Part shown: positions 1 to 11,039 of the stretch, one piece after another
How positions within the stretch are numbered: the first letter of the stretch is position 1
How the letters are laid out: the number at the start of each line of letters is the position of its first letter
Source: Adineta vaga
Taxonomy: Eukaryota > Animalia > Rotifera
Direction of reading: 5' to 3'
Assembly: GCA_021613535.1 (NCBI GenBank)
Contig: CP075494.1
Location: forward strand, 2,356,001-2,420,000
DNA: 64,000 nucleotides
The notes under the pieces: model-generated
The model's database searches: none
The model's input: only the letters and a program-made list of their open reading frames with translations
Told to the model about the DNA's origin: nothing
Made by a program: the position numbers and the translations under genes

Positions 1-180
1 TCACAATCACGCTACTTTTTTTTATATCAAGCAAGTAATGAAAACATTTGTTTCATAATCAAAAGAAAAAAAAGGAGAAAGATAGTCGCTACATCTATTA
101 AGCACTACATTAATTCTCTGGCTCTTCTTCGTTTTCTGTTTAGTTCGAAATGTCGATAAATTCAAAGTTTCGAAAAAAGT

Positions 181-217
181 CGGAAACCAGGAGGAATCAG
201 GAGGTTTGGCAACCCTG
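181..217. mobile_element. Probable terminal inverted repeat of a hAT-type DNA transposon; the element extends off the left edge of the window
   Basis: The reverse complement reads CAGGGTTGCCAAACCTCC, a common hAT/Charlie-type terminus. The partner end is not in the window. Confidence 0.4.
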
Positions 218-347
218 GTGTGGATGCACGTGAATTTTTTCAGTCTTTCTTGGTTTCTAACAATCAGACGAGCACATGCATCGACTTTTGTATGGACATT
301 TATTTACAATCATTTATAAAACAACATTCAAACCAATTCTACTTCAA

Positions 348-1319
348 CTAAGTAACTGTTTTTAATGAGTGAATTCTATGTGTATAACATACTGCATTTG
401 GTACTACTTGATTTTGTCGTCTCGTTCCTTTTGCAACTATTGGTTGTCCAGTTAATTTAGCAAAAAGAATTTCTTTCACTTTTTTATTCATAATGAATAT
501 AAATATTGAATGAATGGCAGCAGTGAAAGAAAATGCTAACACTTGAATTGAATACAATTGCCATGGAGCTTCATTTATACGATTCATGATTAAACACAAG
601 ATATATGGAATACCAGCAATAGAGTATAGATTAAAAGTGAGGATAATATTCTGAAAAACTCTTTTGCTTCTTCGAACTCGTAATGTACTTTGACTGTTTG
701 GATTAATACGAGTTTGATAAATTGTATATCGAAGAATAATTACATACAGAATCATTAACATTAACATAGGTCCAAATGCAAAAAGAATACCAATCGAAAT
801 CGCCGTTGGAAAATGATGTGCTGTTAGAGTACAAAAATGAGATTCTGAATCATATTGATAAGCATAAGGCGAGATAAACATTCCAACTGCTATGATAACA
901 TTAATTAACCAACTAATGATAATGATGATCCAAGTTATACGAAATGTTAAGAGATATTTATGTTTGTAGAGAACTGTGATGAAAAACTGAGATATTGCTT
1001 GAGCTATACAGGAATGTGCTACTAAACCAGTACTAAATACCGATAAACAAGCAGTAATTTGACAAAATAATGTATTCGGCGGTGATCCATTGATATAAAT
1101 TTGTTGAATAAATGAAGGTATTTGAATTGAATAGGTGATTGCAAAGAAGAATAATGAAAAACATGAATTACATACATGAAGATTGATAACAGATCGACAA
1201 TGTGGATGCCAACAACGAAGAATGATAAATAATACAGTTGACGTACATAATATAACAATAAGCCAAGATATTAACAGTAGAATACAAACTATTTCGTGAA
1301 AGCTCTTATTTTCTATCAT
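348..1319 (-). CDS. Orphan rhodopsin-like (class A) 7TM GPCR
   Basis: 323-aa intronless ORF with about 7 hydrophobic segments, FCQ at the start of TM3, a degenerate DRY region (AISQFF), an ECL2 Cys and a TM7 NKKVK tail. Confidence 0.8.
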   Translation of the reverse strand: MIENKSFHEIVCILLLISWLIVILCTSTVLFIILRCWHPHCRSVINLHVCNSCFSLFFFAITYSIQIPSFIQQIYINGSPPNTLFCQITACLSVFSTGLVAHSCIAQAISQFFITVLYKHKYLLTFRITWIIIIISWLINVIIAVGMFISPYAYQYDSESHFCTLTAHHFPTAISIGILFAFGPMLMLMILYVIILRYTIYQTRINPNSQSTLRVRRSKRVFQNIILTFNLYSIAGIPYILCLIMNRINEAPWQLYSIQVLAFSFTAAIHSIFIFIMNKKVKEILFAKLTGQPIVAKGTRRQNQVVPNAVCYTHRIHSLKTVT

Positions 1320-1739
1320 TTTTAAATAACACCTCGTGCAAACAGACTTTATTCGACTCAGTCGAAGAATGACACAACCTTAATGATTATATGATAATAC
1401 GACGCACATAATTTAAGGACTCTACTTGTCATCAAGAAAAAAATGAGTATCTAAGATAAGTATTCATTTACAGAAGATGTTTTGTTCTAGATTAAAGTTT
1501 ATACCAGAACATGATATTTGCGACTACTTGATTATTAATTAAAACTTGGAAGTTCGGTTCTTCTGATTATGAAATCTATGCTTACGGTTGCACTTATTCG
1601 ATATTCCGTTATTACTTGAAAAGATGACAATTGACATTTTAATTCTTTCTTCGAAGCAAACGACACGTTATATTATATAAATTGTAGTGATAATACAATA
1701 CTAATATTGCATTAGGTAGTATCGGTATAGTTAATATTG

Positions 1740-2320
1740 ATATTTCTTTAGAGTGAGACGGTTCCTCTTCGTTTGCACTCTCAAAATGATGCTGATGAAT
1801 GATGAGTTCACTGTTGCGTTCTATGAATTCATATAACGCCAATTTACTTGTACGTTGACAAAGTTTTACTAAAGCAGCACCGTTGAAATCAGTAGTTTAA
1901 TTGGGTCGATAATTACAGATCAACGTTTTTGTGCTATCCGTGACTTTTCTAATGTTATATTTAAAAAATTGCTCGACAAAATTTTTCATCAGGTAAGGTA
2001 ACATATATCAAGAATTTTTGTGATTAGTAATCGAGAAAACATCTTTTCTACTTGGACGAAGAAGAGCCTTATCAATTATATCTGATTGATTAGTTGCAAT
2101 AATAACAAACACATTTATCAGTGTATCTATCTCGTCCTTTTCGGTTAAAATATTTTGTAACAATACGATTCGTTGCACCATCTTTATCTGAAATTCAATT
2201 CAAATAATTAAGAAAGAGTATGTTCGGTGTAGTTCGACGAGCTTTATCAAATATTTCGTGCAGATCCAATTTTGATTGATTAAAACATTCACTCAATAAC
2301 ACAGAAGCTTCAACCAAAAT
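1740..2320 (-). pseudogene. 5'-truncated, frameshifted CDC48/p97 (VCP)-like AAA+ D2-domain fragment
   Basis: Manual translation across frames gives EIFDKARRTTPNILFL, GATNRIV, NILTEKDE...NVFVIIATNQSDIIDKALLRPSR, LIYVTLPDEK and FNGAALVKLCQRTSKLA. These are colinear with p97 D2 (EIFDKARQAAPCVLFFDE...[23 protein letters not shown]...FSGADLTEICQRACKLA). Stops and frameshifts are present. Confidence 0.8.
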
Positions 2321-2321
2321 A

Positions 2322-2404
2322 AGGGTGGTGTGGGTGTAGGTATGGCTGAGGTTGGTTCTCACTGTATCTTCTCCTTCATTTGACCACATTCACACCCACA
2401 CCCT
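2322..2404. repeat. Telomere-repeat palindrome, site P1
   Basis: AGGGTGGTGTGGGTGTAGG ... CACATTCACACCCACACCCT, with a long spacer containing TCTTCTC. Confidence 0.8.
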
Positions 2405-2987
2405 CTTTTTTCTTTAGTGATCTTATCACATTTATGATCTCTCGACAAATGAAAGAGCTGCAGGAAAAGATCTCAACGCAGTTTTAAAATAAAAGATGGC
2501 GTTAGGTATCGCATATCATATAGCATATCATAAATCTAGATATTTGAGAAAAACAAAGCATTACATTTTCCATATATTTGATCATTTACTTTTCATAGAT
2601 TAAAATCATTGAGTTTAATCATACATTATTCTATTATTTTGTCAGAATGCAATTGTAGGATTAGGATTAGACTAAATTAAAATTTACATCCACGGTCCTT
2701 ACACACATTCTGTACACTAGAAGAATAAGAATATTTAGTATGGTTGAACTAATTATTGGAATTACAAGATATTCTATCTCACAGAAAAATGATTATCAAT
2801 ACTTTTTATCGTTTATTATCATCTTGTATTGGTTATTTAGTTTTAAATAATATTATTTTCTATCATTACTTCTAGGAAAAGAATTTATTCTGGAAAATAA
2901 AAGTTTTCGAAGTGTATTGGTCATTTATAGTGATGATTTATTGAATTCTAAACAGAAAAAAACAAGAAGAAATTATGAAAATGACAA

Positions 2988-3043
2988 TGAACGAGTGTGA
3001 GATGGATGTATTTCCTTCTTTCTCACCCACACCCACACGCTCA
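2988..3043. repeat. Telomere-repeat palindrome, site P2
   Basis: TGAACGAGTGTGAGATGGATGTA-TTTCCTTCTTTC-TCACCCACACCCACACGCTCA. Confidence 0.75.
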
Positions 3044-3347
3044 ACGATAGTATTGTGCAATACCATTGGCATATCAGAATTTCACTGGCATAACCAAGAT
3101 CATTCAACGGCGTGCGTTTTAATTTCTGAAAAATCATAACACAATTACTCAAATTTTTGCGTTGTTAAGGAAAAAGGGTATTCAACTACACAATACATTT
3201 GAATGCAAATAAATATTTAGAGATAGTTTCTTACTATGACACTGAATAACATAACATAAACAAAATAATCTTTTACAATTACACGTTTTTTCTTCCTTTT
3301 TTGAACCGTTAACGACAATAAACTGATTTATCTATGATTGAGATACA

Positions 3348-4217
3348 TTAATTTATTGTCCGAATAGGTAATACTTGCATTTTTCGACGTTGAAAATAAG
3401 TTTGTATAATTTTTCGTATTTCTCGATCTAGTAAAATATTACATGCTATCGCAAGTGTAACAGAGAATGTTTGACAAACTAGATGCGCATAGTACAGTAT
3501 AATATTAGAATAAGTTGATAATATTATATTTGGTAATCCAGTAATAACACCAATACTAATTATGATCATTACATTTCGAACAAGTTTTGGATCACGATTT
3601 TGATTTTGAAGTGAATTATTCAGTGTAACTGCATTTCGTCTTGTTTTATGAACTTGATATATAATGTAAATATGAATGAAAATGACTACTATAATAGGTG
3701 CAACTAAGTTAATAATTAGAAGATAAAGACTAATAAGGTCATATTCTGTTTTTAACCAACAAATAGTTCTCGGATAGAAATCAACTGTGTCTAATACAAT
3801 GACAGGTGATGTTATGATAAATATCACTAACCATTGAATTAATATTAACGTATAATGTGTTCGAAATGTTCTTAACCATTGATATTTCATTGATAAAATA
3901 GAAAAAAAGAATCGAGATATTGCTTGAATCGTATATGAATGCATTACTAATCCGATTGAAGTATAGGTAAAATAAGAACGAAATCGACAAGTAAGATTAC
4001 TTGTATCCCAAGAAATAAAAAGAGCATAAGTATAATTAATAATATAAACAACTGAAAAAATCATTGATGCAAATGCTGTATTACAGATAAGTAAATGATT
4101 AACTGTATGTAAACGTGATTTTGTTCGATAAACTAAGATTAAAGTAAATAGACCAATGATTATACAAATGATTCCAAATATTGATGAGAACAAGGCTGCT
4201 ATTTCAAAAGGATCCAT
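3348..4217 (-). CDS. Orphan rhodopsin-like 7TM GPCR
   Basis: 289-aa intronless ORF with 7 hydrophobic segments, LICN in TM2, CRFR...QAISRFF in TM3 and an LDREIR tail. Same family as 348-1319. Confidence 0.8.
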   Translation of the reverse strand: MDPFEIAALFSSIFGIICIIIGLFTLILVYRTKSRLHTVNHLLICNTAFASMIFSVVYIINYTYALFISWDTSNLTCRFRSYFTYTSIGLVMHSYTIQAISRFFFSILSMKYQWLRTFRTHYTLILIQWLVIFIITSPVIVLDTVDFYPRTICWLKTEYDLISLYLLIINLVAPIIVVIFIHIYIIYQVHKTRRNAVTLNNSLQNQNRDPKLVRNVMIIISIGVITGLPNIILSTYSNIILYYAHLVCQTFSVTLAIACNILLDREIRKIIQTYFQRRKMQVLPIRTIN

Positions 4218-4471
4218 GTCAAAAATGAAGATAAATTAATTAAAGTGAAATGAGAAATATTTATATAGAGGGACATGCTGAAAAGCGACATTATCTAACT
4301 TAAGCATGAATTATATAAACGAGACTAATTTAAGTTCTATATTAGGAAAGAATGTTTAAGAAGACGTATTACATCTTATTTTTTACTTTCTTTCTAGTAA
4401 AAATATCAACAAGATACAAAAGAAAAATTATATTTTGTTTTTGGTATTCTTCTCAACCTCCACCATGGAGA

Positions 4472-4492
4472 TCGCTAACACCAACACCCTTA
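4472..4492. repeat. Half-site P3 (C-rich arm only)
   Basis: TCGCTAACACCAACACCCTTA. Its reverse complement TAAGGGTGTTGGTGTTAGCGA nearly matches the left arm plus spacer start of P16 (AAGGGTGTGGGTGTTAGCGG). Confidence 0.55.
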
Positions 4493-4699
4493 TTAAAGAT
4501 ACATGTCGAATGTCATATACATGGTGGATCTTAATAACAAAAATTAAGATTAAAGTACAAACCACTCAAATTCTCACCCTGAATGTGAAAAATGAAATTT
4601 GATTCATAACAATGTAGTGATTTGTTGAAAAGAAAAAGAAGACAGGGCTAAAATTTTCTACCTTGGTGTAAAACTTTAAAGTGATCACCGACACAGATG

Positions 4700-5520
4700 A
4701 TACTTTATCTGAATTGTGAACACCTGTTTCTTGAGTAACTGTGGGTAACAAACATCTAAATGAATGGTCATTCAGTACATTGAAAATATAATATAAAGTT
4801 CTTTTACCGTAAATACAATCGAAACCAACGAAGTTTAGCTGTATCACCAATTTGCATTAATCGCCAATAGTCCTTAAAATGAAATCAAATTTATTTATCG
4901 TATGGAATTAATAATATTCGCCCTGAAATTATATACTTCTATTAGTTCTTCTAATCGCTTATTAAGATCTTCAGTCGATTCTATTGAACATAAATGATAT
5001 GGACTCATATAATGATAAAGTATGGTATCAGAATCCAGTGATCCATTAGGAATATTTGGTTCAATATTTCGTACATATTGTGGTTCGAATTCTTGATCGA
5101 AATAAACTAAAGCTAATTCTGGAGTTTCTAAGAATTCACGAAACCAGTTGGATGTATTTATATTGTATCGCTGACCTTTGACATTCAATTTTCTGTATAG
5201 AAAAAAATAGAGATTGTTACTGATGTTCAATTTCTATTAGCACAAACTCAATTTCGATGATGTCCATTGGTAATGAACTATATGAAATGACTAAGGTTGG
5301 CATTCCGGGTGCATCAACTTGAAGATTCGATAGTAATAGATTTGATGGAAGCGCTAGGCCATGAGGAGTTGTTTGTGCTTCATCCACTTTAATAGAAGCA
5401 CACGATTTTATCGGATAAATAAGTAACTCTCGAATCACAATAGATGATGCTGCTGTTACCATTGAAACTTATTAACAAAACAAAAATTAAAACCGATAGA
5501 ATGGGTAGATAATCAGATAC
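4700..5520 (-). pseudogene. Degenerate MOSC-domain (mARC-like) gene
   Basis: IRELLIYPIKSC (MOSC_N), SPYHLCSIESTEDLNKRL...YNFRANII and RCLLPTVTQETG (MOSC C-terminal Cys motif) lie in different frames. Some breaks are not explained by introns. Boundaries are approximate. Confidence 0.7.
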
Positions 5521-5883
5521 TCGTGATAGGTCGTATAGAATCTTAGAGCAATAGCTTACATGAAAGTACGAAATCATACGAAAGACGATATGAAAAATCA
5601 TTGTTTCAAACAAGTATGATTTTTTTAATCATTTGTAGTACTTACCTGATAAACAATGATACTGAAGTTTAAATATCTTAAGGATAGCAGGAACATAGTT
5701 ACGACAAAGTCTATTGCAACTCATCACTATTGATTAAAACAAAGATTCTCTGTGTCATTCATGTCGAAAAAAGTCGTTGCATGATGTTGAATATGATGCA
5801 AGATCCAATGTCACACATATTCACGGTGAAAAAAAACAAATTCATTTCTTCATTATTGTGAATCTTATTTCATTTATCAAAAT

Positions 5884-7932
5884 TTAAAAAAAATATAAAA
5901 ACTCAACAAGAAAAATAAGAATGAAATTTGTGTGGAATTTATTGGATACATTGATGATTGGTTCAATATCGGTCATATTGATTCCCCAATAATTTGTTGT
6001 TGAATTCGCAAACACAGTGTATAATGTTTGATTAATAACTGGATCTGTATAAAACCAATCGATTCCAATCAAATTTTCTTTCAAACTACATGTATAATTC
6101 AAGGTATCTAAATCGACTTTTAATTCTTGTTGATATAAATATTGAAGAATGATTTGTTCTGTACATGTTGCCGAATGAAAACTACCTTGTTTCGTATAGG
6201 ATTGAACGGCAGTAACATGTGCTAAACCTTTCATTTGAACTAATTTTGTTCGAATTGATTTCATTTGAAATAATTTTTCAACTTGTTGTGCTGTGGACAA
6301 TGGAGAATTATAATCTAAATCACCGTTAAATAATAAAACACCAGTTCGTTGGGACCGAAATGATTTTTGATTAACTTCAAATTTTCCCCAATAATTTGGA
6401 TTTCTTTCGTATAGAACATCTTTCAGAGCGGTTGGTAATGTATAATTATACGTTGATAGTTGTGTTTCATCACAGAATGGAACAGGACCGGCTCGTGCCA
6501 AATTATATCTATTGACTACGCTACTACCTATACAAAAATCATTATAAAATTTAGCATTTGTTTTGATAGTTTCGTTGATGTCGAAGCCTATGAAATCACT
6601 CCAAATTGTTAAACTTAAAACATTTCCATCATTTGGATATTGTTGTGGTGGATCAATGAAACGTTGGCCTATGGCTTGTTGAGCGATACTAATCATAATG
6701 GGCAATGCTCGAGTGAAGACTCGTTGATCTTCAACTGAACAACGATAGAGACGAGCAATTAATATAGCTGTTAGTGGACGAACATTCATTAATTCTATGC
6801 CTTGATTTCCAATAAGAATAAATAAATCCCAACTGTTCAATCCTAGATTAGTTGAACAAAGAGGATTTATCAATTTTGTTTCGAAAAGTATTTGTAATGT
6901 TAATGCGACACTGATTATATCTTGATTTGTTCCAGTAACAAGACTAAATGCTTTTGAACATAATAGATCTTGTTGACATGTTGATAAGTATAAATAAAAT
7001 CGATGATTTAAATTATTCACTTGATTCCGAAATACATCGGAATCTTTTATGGACATAACTCCATCCAGAATAATTCCATCGATGACTTGAATGTGTGATT
7101 TTATTGATTGAATCGTTAAGTATGTTTCAATAATGCCAGTGCCTAAATTTTCAATTAAAATCAACAATCAATGAATAACCAGACTTCGTATGACCAAAAT
7201 AAAAATCTTGTTCGTTTTTATTTCTGAGAAGTGACTATATCATCTTTCAAGTTGTGACTTACCTTGACTCAATCCATAAATATAAGTCGACGTGGAGTTT
7301 GTTGATTGTGATTGATTTATCGCATATTGAATTTGATATTGTAAATCTTGTGCAATATTTGCATTGTTCATTGCATGTATTATTTTCAATGATTGATCAG
7401 GTGAAGATGGTACTGTGGTTGCAATTAATTCTCGAGCGCAATCAGTCCAACTAGTTGCTGTATAACAATGAATCGATGGTTTACTCAATCCTGCTCCTCG
7501 ATATTGAAATAAATACATTATTGGATGTGTATTCGTATAAATCTTATGATAATTATTTAGAACAATTTCTTTTAGCATAGTTATACCAAATTGTTCCATA
7601 CCATATTGTGAACCACCACCCCCGTTAACAAGCCAATAATTAATAATATGTTCTGAAAATGAATTATTGACCGGTGGGAGTGACGATATAAATACACGTT
7701 TCACATGTAAATCTGTTAGTGGAATTTCTTTAGTTGAATTATAATATTGACTATCAAATGTACTTGGATTGAATTGATTCCATTCTAGTGGACTTGTTAA
7801 ATACATACATTCAGCTTGTATTGTCACATTGTCTGATATCGTTTTTAGCAATGATCCATCATTGAATGGGCATGAATACCAACTGATGGTTATGGAACAG
7901 AAGTTTAATAGTAGGAATAATTGATTCTTCAT
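5884..7932 (-). CDS. Secreted alpha/beta hydrolase (TAP-like peptidase family), 2 exons (7932-7263, 7142-5884)
   Basis: Signal peptide, NGGGG oxyanion loop, GLSQG nucleophile elbow completed across a GT-AG intron (CAAG|gtaagt...tttag|GC), GDLD acid, AH His and a hydrophobic C-terminus. Confidence 0.75.
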
Positions 7933-8336
7933 TTGTTATTTGTACGATCTGTTTGTGAAAAGAAACGAAACAAAATGAAAAATTTCGTATATCTATTGTT
8001 AGTTTGTGTTGAATACTCTTCAAAACAAACTTCGATACTACTAATAGATATCAGGCGACTCTGCGCACATTTATTTCGACAGGTCTGATATGTTATCAAA
8101 CAAAAGAAAGAAAAAAAGAAAGAAAGAGAAGTAAAAGGAGAAATATAGTGCGCATTAACGAATCTTTTATAAAACAAGATTAGAATACACATCTATGCAG
8201 CTATCTAATATGTCAAATATTTGTCGAACAACCATTTAAAAGCTCTATAAATATTTATTCTTCGATTTCACATTAAATCTATATTATGAAAGCGTCAGCT
8301 TTGAGCTGTTTGTCCTGATTAAGTATAATAAAAATC

Positions 8337-8401
8337 TAGGATGAGGATCCGTTCTTCATCCACACTTTCACTCCTACCCACACTCACACTCACACCCTCA
8401 A
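8337..8401. repeat. Telomere-repeat palindrome, site P4 (short G arm, long C arm)
   Basis: AGGATGAGGAT-CCGTTCTT-CATCCA CACTTT CACTCC TACCCA CACTCA CACTCA CACCCTCAA: about 7 degenerate hexamers. Confidence 0.7.
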
Positions 8402-8529
8402 GACACAGATTCTGATGCAATTAAGCAAAAACATAGTCATTAGCTAGTCAATATAAACGTTCGAGTTCGTGAAGACTATATACTGTTGTATCCTCTACAC
8501 ATAACATTACTTGGCGTGCTTTTTGAAGA

Positions 8530-9675
8530 CTAACAAAATATACAGATCTTATTTGATACATTTGATGAAGTTCCATTTACGGGCGCAAGATCATTCGGTG
8601 TTACATAGATCCAATTTTTATCGGCCGTAACTATAAGATTATTTTCTATCTGTTCCATCACGTAACGATCTTTCATCTGATTAATTAACGTCAGATAGGC
8701 ATCTTTTCGATTCACCCAGAGACGAACTGTACCTCGCTGATGATTATAAGCATGGAACATCATATAGCTATCGCTGGTGGGCGTATCACCTGCGACGATA
8801 ATCGGCATTTTCCACTGATTTATATAGGTTAAAATAGCGGCGTACTTTCCGGCGAACGCCGTTTGCGGAGACCACAGAGAGGAAGTGAATTTTAAGTTTA
8901 AATTTTTCTCCTGATCGTAAGTATTGTCTTCAATCGCTTTTCGAGATATCGTCAATTGAGTATTATTTCTTAGCAGCGTAGATATTCCAATAATATTCTG
9001 CGGCTTAACATTATAACCATACTTTGAATCACTGAGAACCATTCGTATTAATTCCTCGTGTGAAGCTGTAATTATATAGACTTCAATTCCATTCGACATA
9101 AGACTATTAAAGAGTTCTTGTTGAGCTCTGTAAAAATTTGGTATAGGCGCATTGTACTCAGTCTGTATAATAGAGTTATTATTTGATGTGGTCAACATAG
9201 TTTTGATTGTTGTATTACCAGTGTTCGATTGCAACATTTCATCAACATAGGTTTTGAGTTCGTTGAGAGTCATTCCAGAGAAGGCTTGTGCAATCCAATT
9301 ATAGCAGATAATATCATCGAGCACAGTACAAAGACGATAATAGTAAGAGAAGAGACTTTCTCTATGTTTTTCTGTATCTATAAATGGAATGAGTTTTAGT
9401 GCTTGATCAAGATTTTCACGGTTTAACACGTTTTTCATTTCGAGATAAGCAAATGTTGATTCCTCCAAATCCCATTGATATGTTGTTTGATCAGAATCGA
9501 AACAGGCATAGGAACCACTATGTGCATTACTTATGATCACTTCTTCCAGTTTTTCAGCTATTCTCGTTGGCCAGGCATTAAGATTGACACGGGATAGAGA
9601 TCGTTTCACGGGTAGTGTATTAACATCGACAATTAGCCAGTATAAGAAAAGAAATAATGAAAAAAGTTTGGTCAT
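8530..9675 (-). CDS. Secreted HAD-family phosphorylcholine phosphatase (PchP-like), candidate horizontal acquisition
   Basis: Signal peptide, HAD motif I YACFDSDQTTY, ESLFSYYYRLC, motif II YIITAS and motif IV AGDTPTSD. These resemble Pseudomonas and fungal phosphorylcholine phosphatases. Intronless. Confidence 0.8.
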   Translation of the reverse strand: MTKLFSLFLFLYWLIVDVNTLPVKRSLSRVNLNAWPTRIAEKLEEVIISNAHSGSYACFDSDQTTYQWDLEESTFAYLEMKNVLNRENLDQALKLIPFIDTEKHRESLFSYYYRLCTVLDDIICYNWIAQAFSGMTLNELKTYVDEMLQSNTGNTTIKTMLTTSNNNSIIQTEYNAPIPNFYRAQQELFNSLMSNGIEVYIITASHEELIRMVLSDSKYGYNVKPQNIIGISTLLRNNTQLTISRKAIEDNTYDQEKNLNLKFTSSLWSPQTAFAGKYAAILTYINQWKMPIIVAGDTPTSDSYMMFHAYNHQRGTVRLWVNRKDAYLTLINQMKDRYVMEQIENNLIVTADKNWIYVTPNDLAPVNGTSSNVSNKICIFC

Positions 9676-10061
9676 TTTCTTTTCGTTGTTTAACCAATGT
9701 AAATATTATTTACTTAGGAATCTAAAAATTGCATATAGTATTTTTTTAAATTAAGCGTAAAAAACACATATTTTTATGACTTAATAAACTTACCGTTAAT
9801 AGGATCTTCGTAATAAAAACATGTACGAAATCAACGAGTCATTGAAGATAATATCCTTTCAATATGCATATGCACTCGTTGTAATAAGAATATGTACAAA
9901 TCAGCAGACCGTAGAAGATAACGTGCTTTCGATGAATCATGAAATATAATGTAATTTGAATGCGTACTGCGATCGTTTTTTTTCGATAGTGTTAAGGTTT
10001 GTCCAGTGCAGTTTCAGCTTTATTGTCTTATTGAAGAAAATACATGCGTTGAATAGAGTAA

Positions 10062-10079
10062 TACACCTACACCCTCAAG
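10062..10079. repeat. Half-site P5 (C-rich arm)
   Basis: TACACCTACACCCTCAAG; the left arm is not recognisable. Confidence 0.55.
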
Positions 10080-10559
10080 ATTTTATTCAAATTTTTCACG
10101 AAATAAGTTATTATTCACATGATACATCGATGAGATAAAAGAGAATTATTCATATTTTAAATGAATGACTAAACAAACAAATTTTTTTCTATGAACAATA
10201 CGTATATTTATTTCTTGCTGTCGTTTGTGAATTTGTGCGTTAAGAACATTTTCCATCGATTCAAAGTGAATCGAGCAAGACAAGCGACAAGAGAAAAAGC
10301 GCTGACATAATGGAACCTATTGCTTGCAGCAAAATATTCTTTAAAAAGAAAGCTATGATCTGTATACTAGCTCACTAGTTATGTTTGTTCTACTTTGATG
10401 TTGATGGTCTATAATTATTATCGGAAGAAAAACTATTTCGTTTATTCATTTATAATGAATTATTCTCGAAAATTAATAAATTTTACTCATTCACAATTTA
10501 AAATGCTTTTAAATGAGAATCCAATGGAATTTTCTTCATGTATAAAAAGAAAGATTATA

Positions 10560-10614
10560 TGGAGGTTATGGATGGGAATAATCACGAATTGTACAACACT
10601 CTCATCCACCTTCA
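10560..10614. repeat. Degenerate palindrome, site P6
   Basis: TGGAGGTTATGGATGGGAAT ... ACTCTCATCCACCTTCA; the arms remain mutually complementary. Confidence 0.45.
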
Positions 10615-11039
10615 CCGGGATATGTTTTATTCACAAAAAAATTATTGATAAAATGTTTAAAAAAGATAAGTCGCTGTTTATTAGTGGATAAGTGTATCTG
10701 ATCGATGTCGAACGAAATAAAGAATCATTGCTACCTGGAGGGACTAATCGGGACATATTTTAACTCAAAGTGTATTCAGTTTGTTCTGTATTTGAAAATC
10801 GCAAGTGATTTATCACGTATTTGAGATGACATTTCATCAGAATTCAATGCCATTTATAACAGATACAGCTATTTTATACTCTTCTGTTCGTTTTAATCTT
10901 TAACTTTGATATTTGAGAAGGTAATTGATTGATGGGAGATAGAAACCGATGTGGGGAAATCGATAACCTTTTACTAAATTAAATTTTCTTCTAAAACATA
11001 AATGCAATTCTTTAACAAGCAGCAGAATTAGTTCGAATC

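Noticed and set aside
218-284. Possible degenerate palindrome (GTGTGGATGCACGTG...CACATGCATC) next to the hAT-like end
   Set aside because: Too diverged from the GGGTGT consensus to count as a site.
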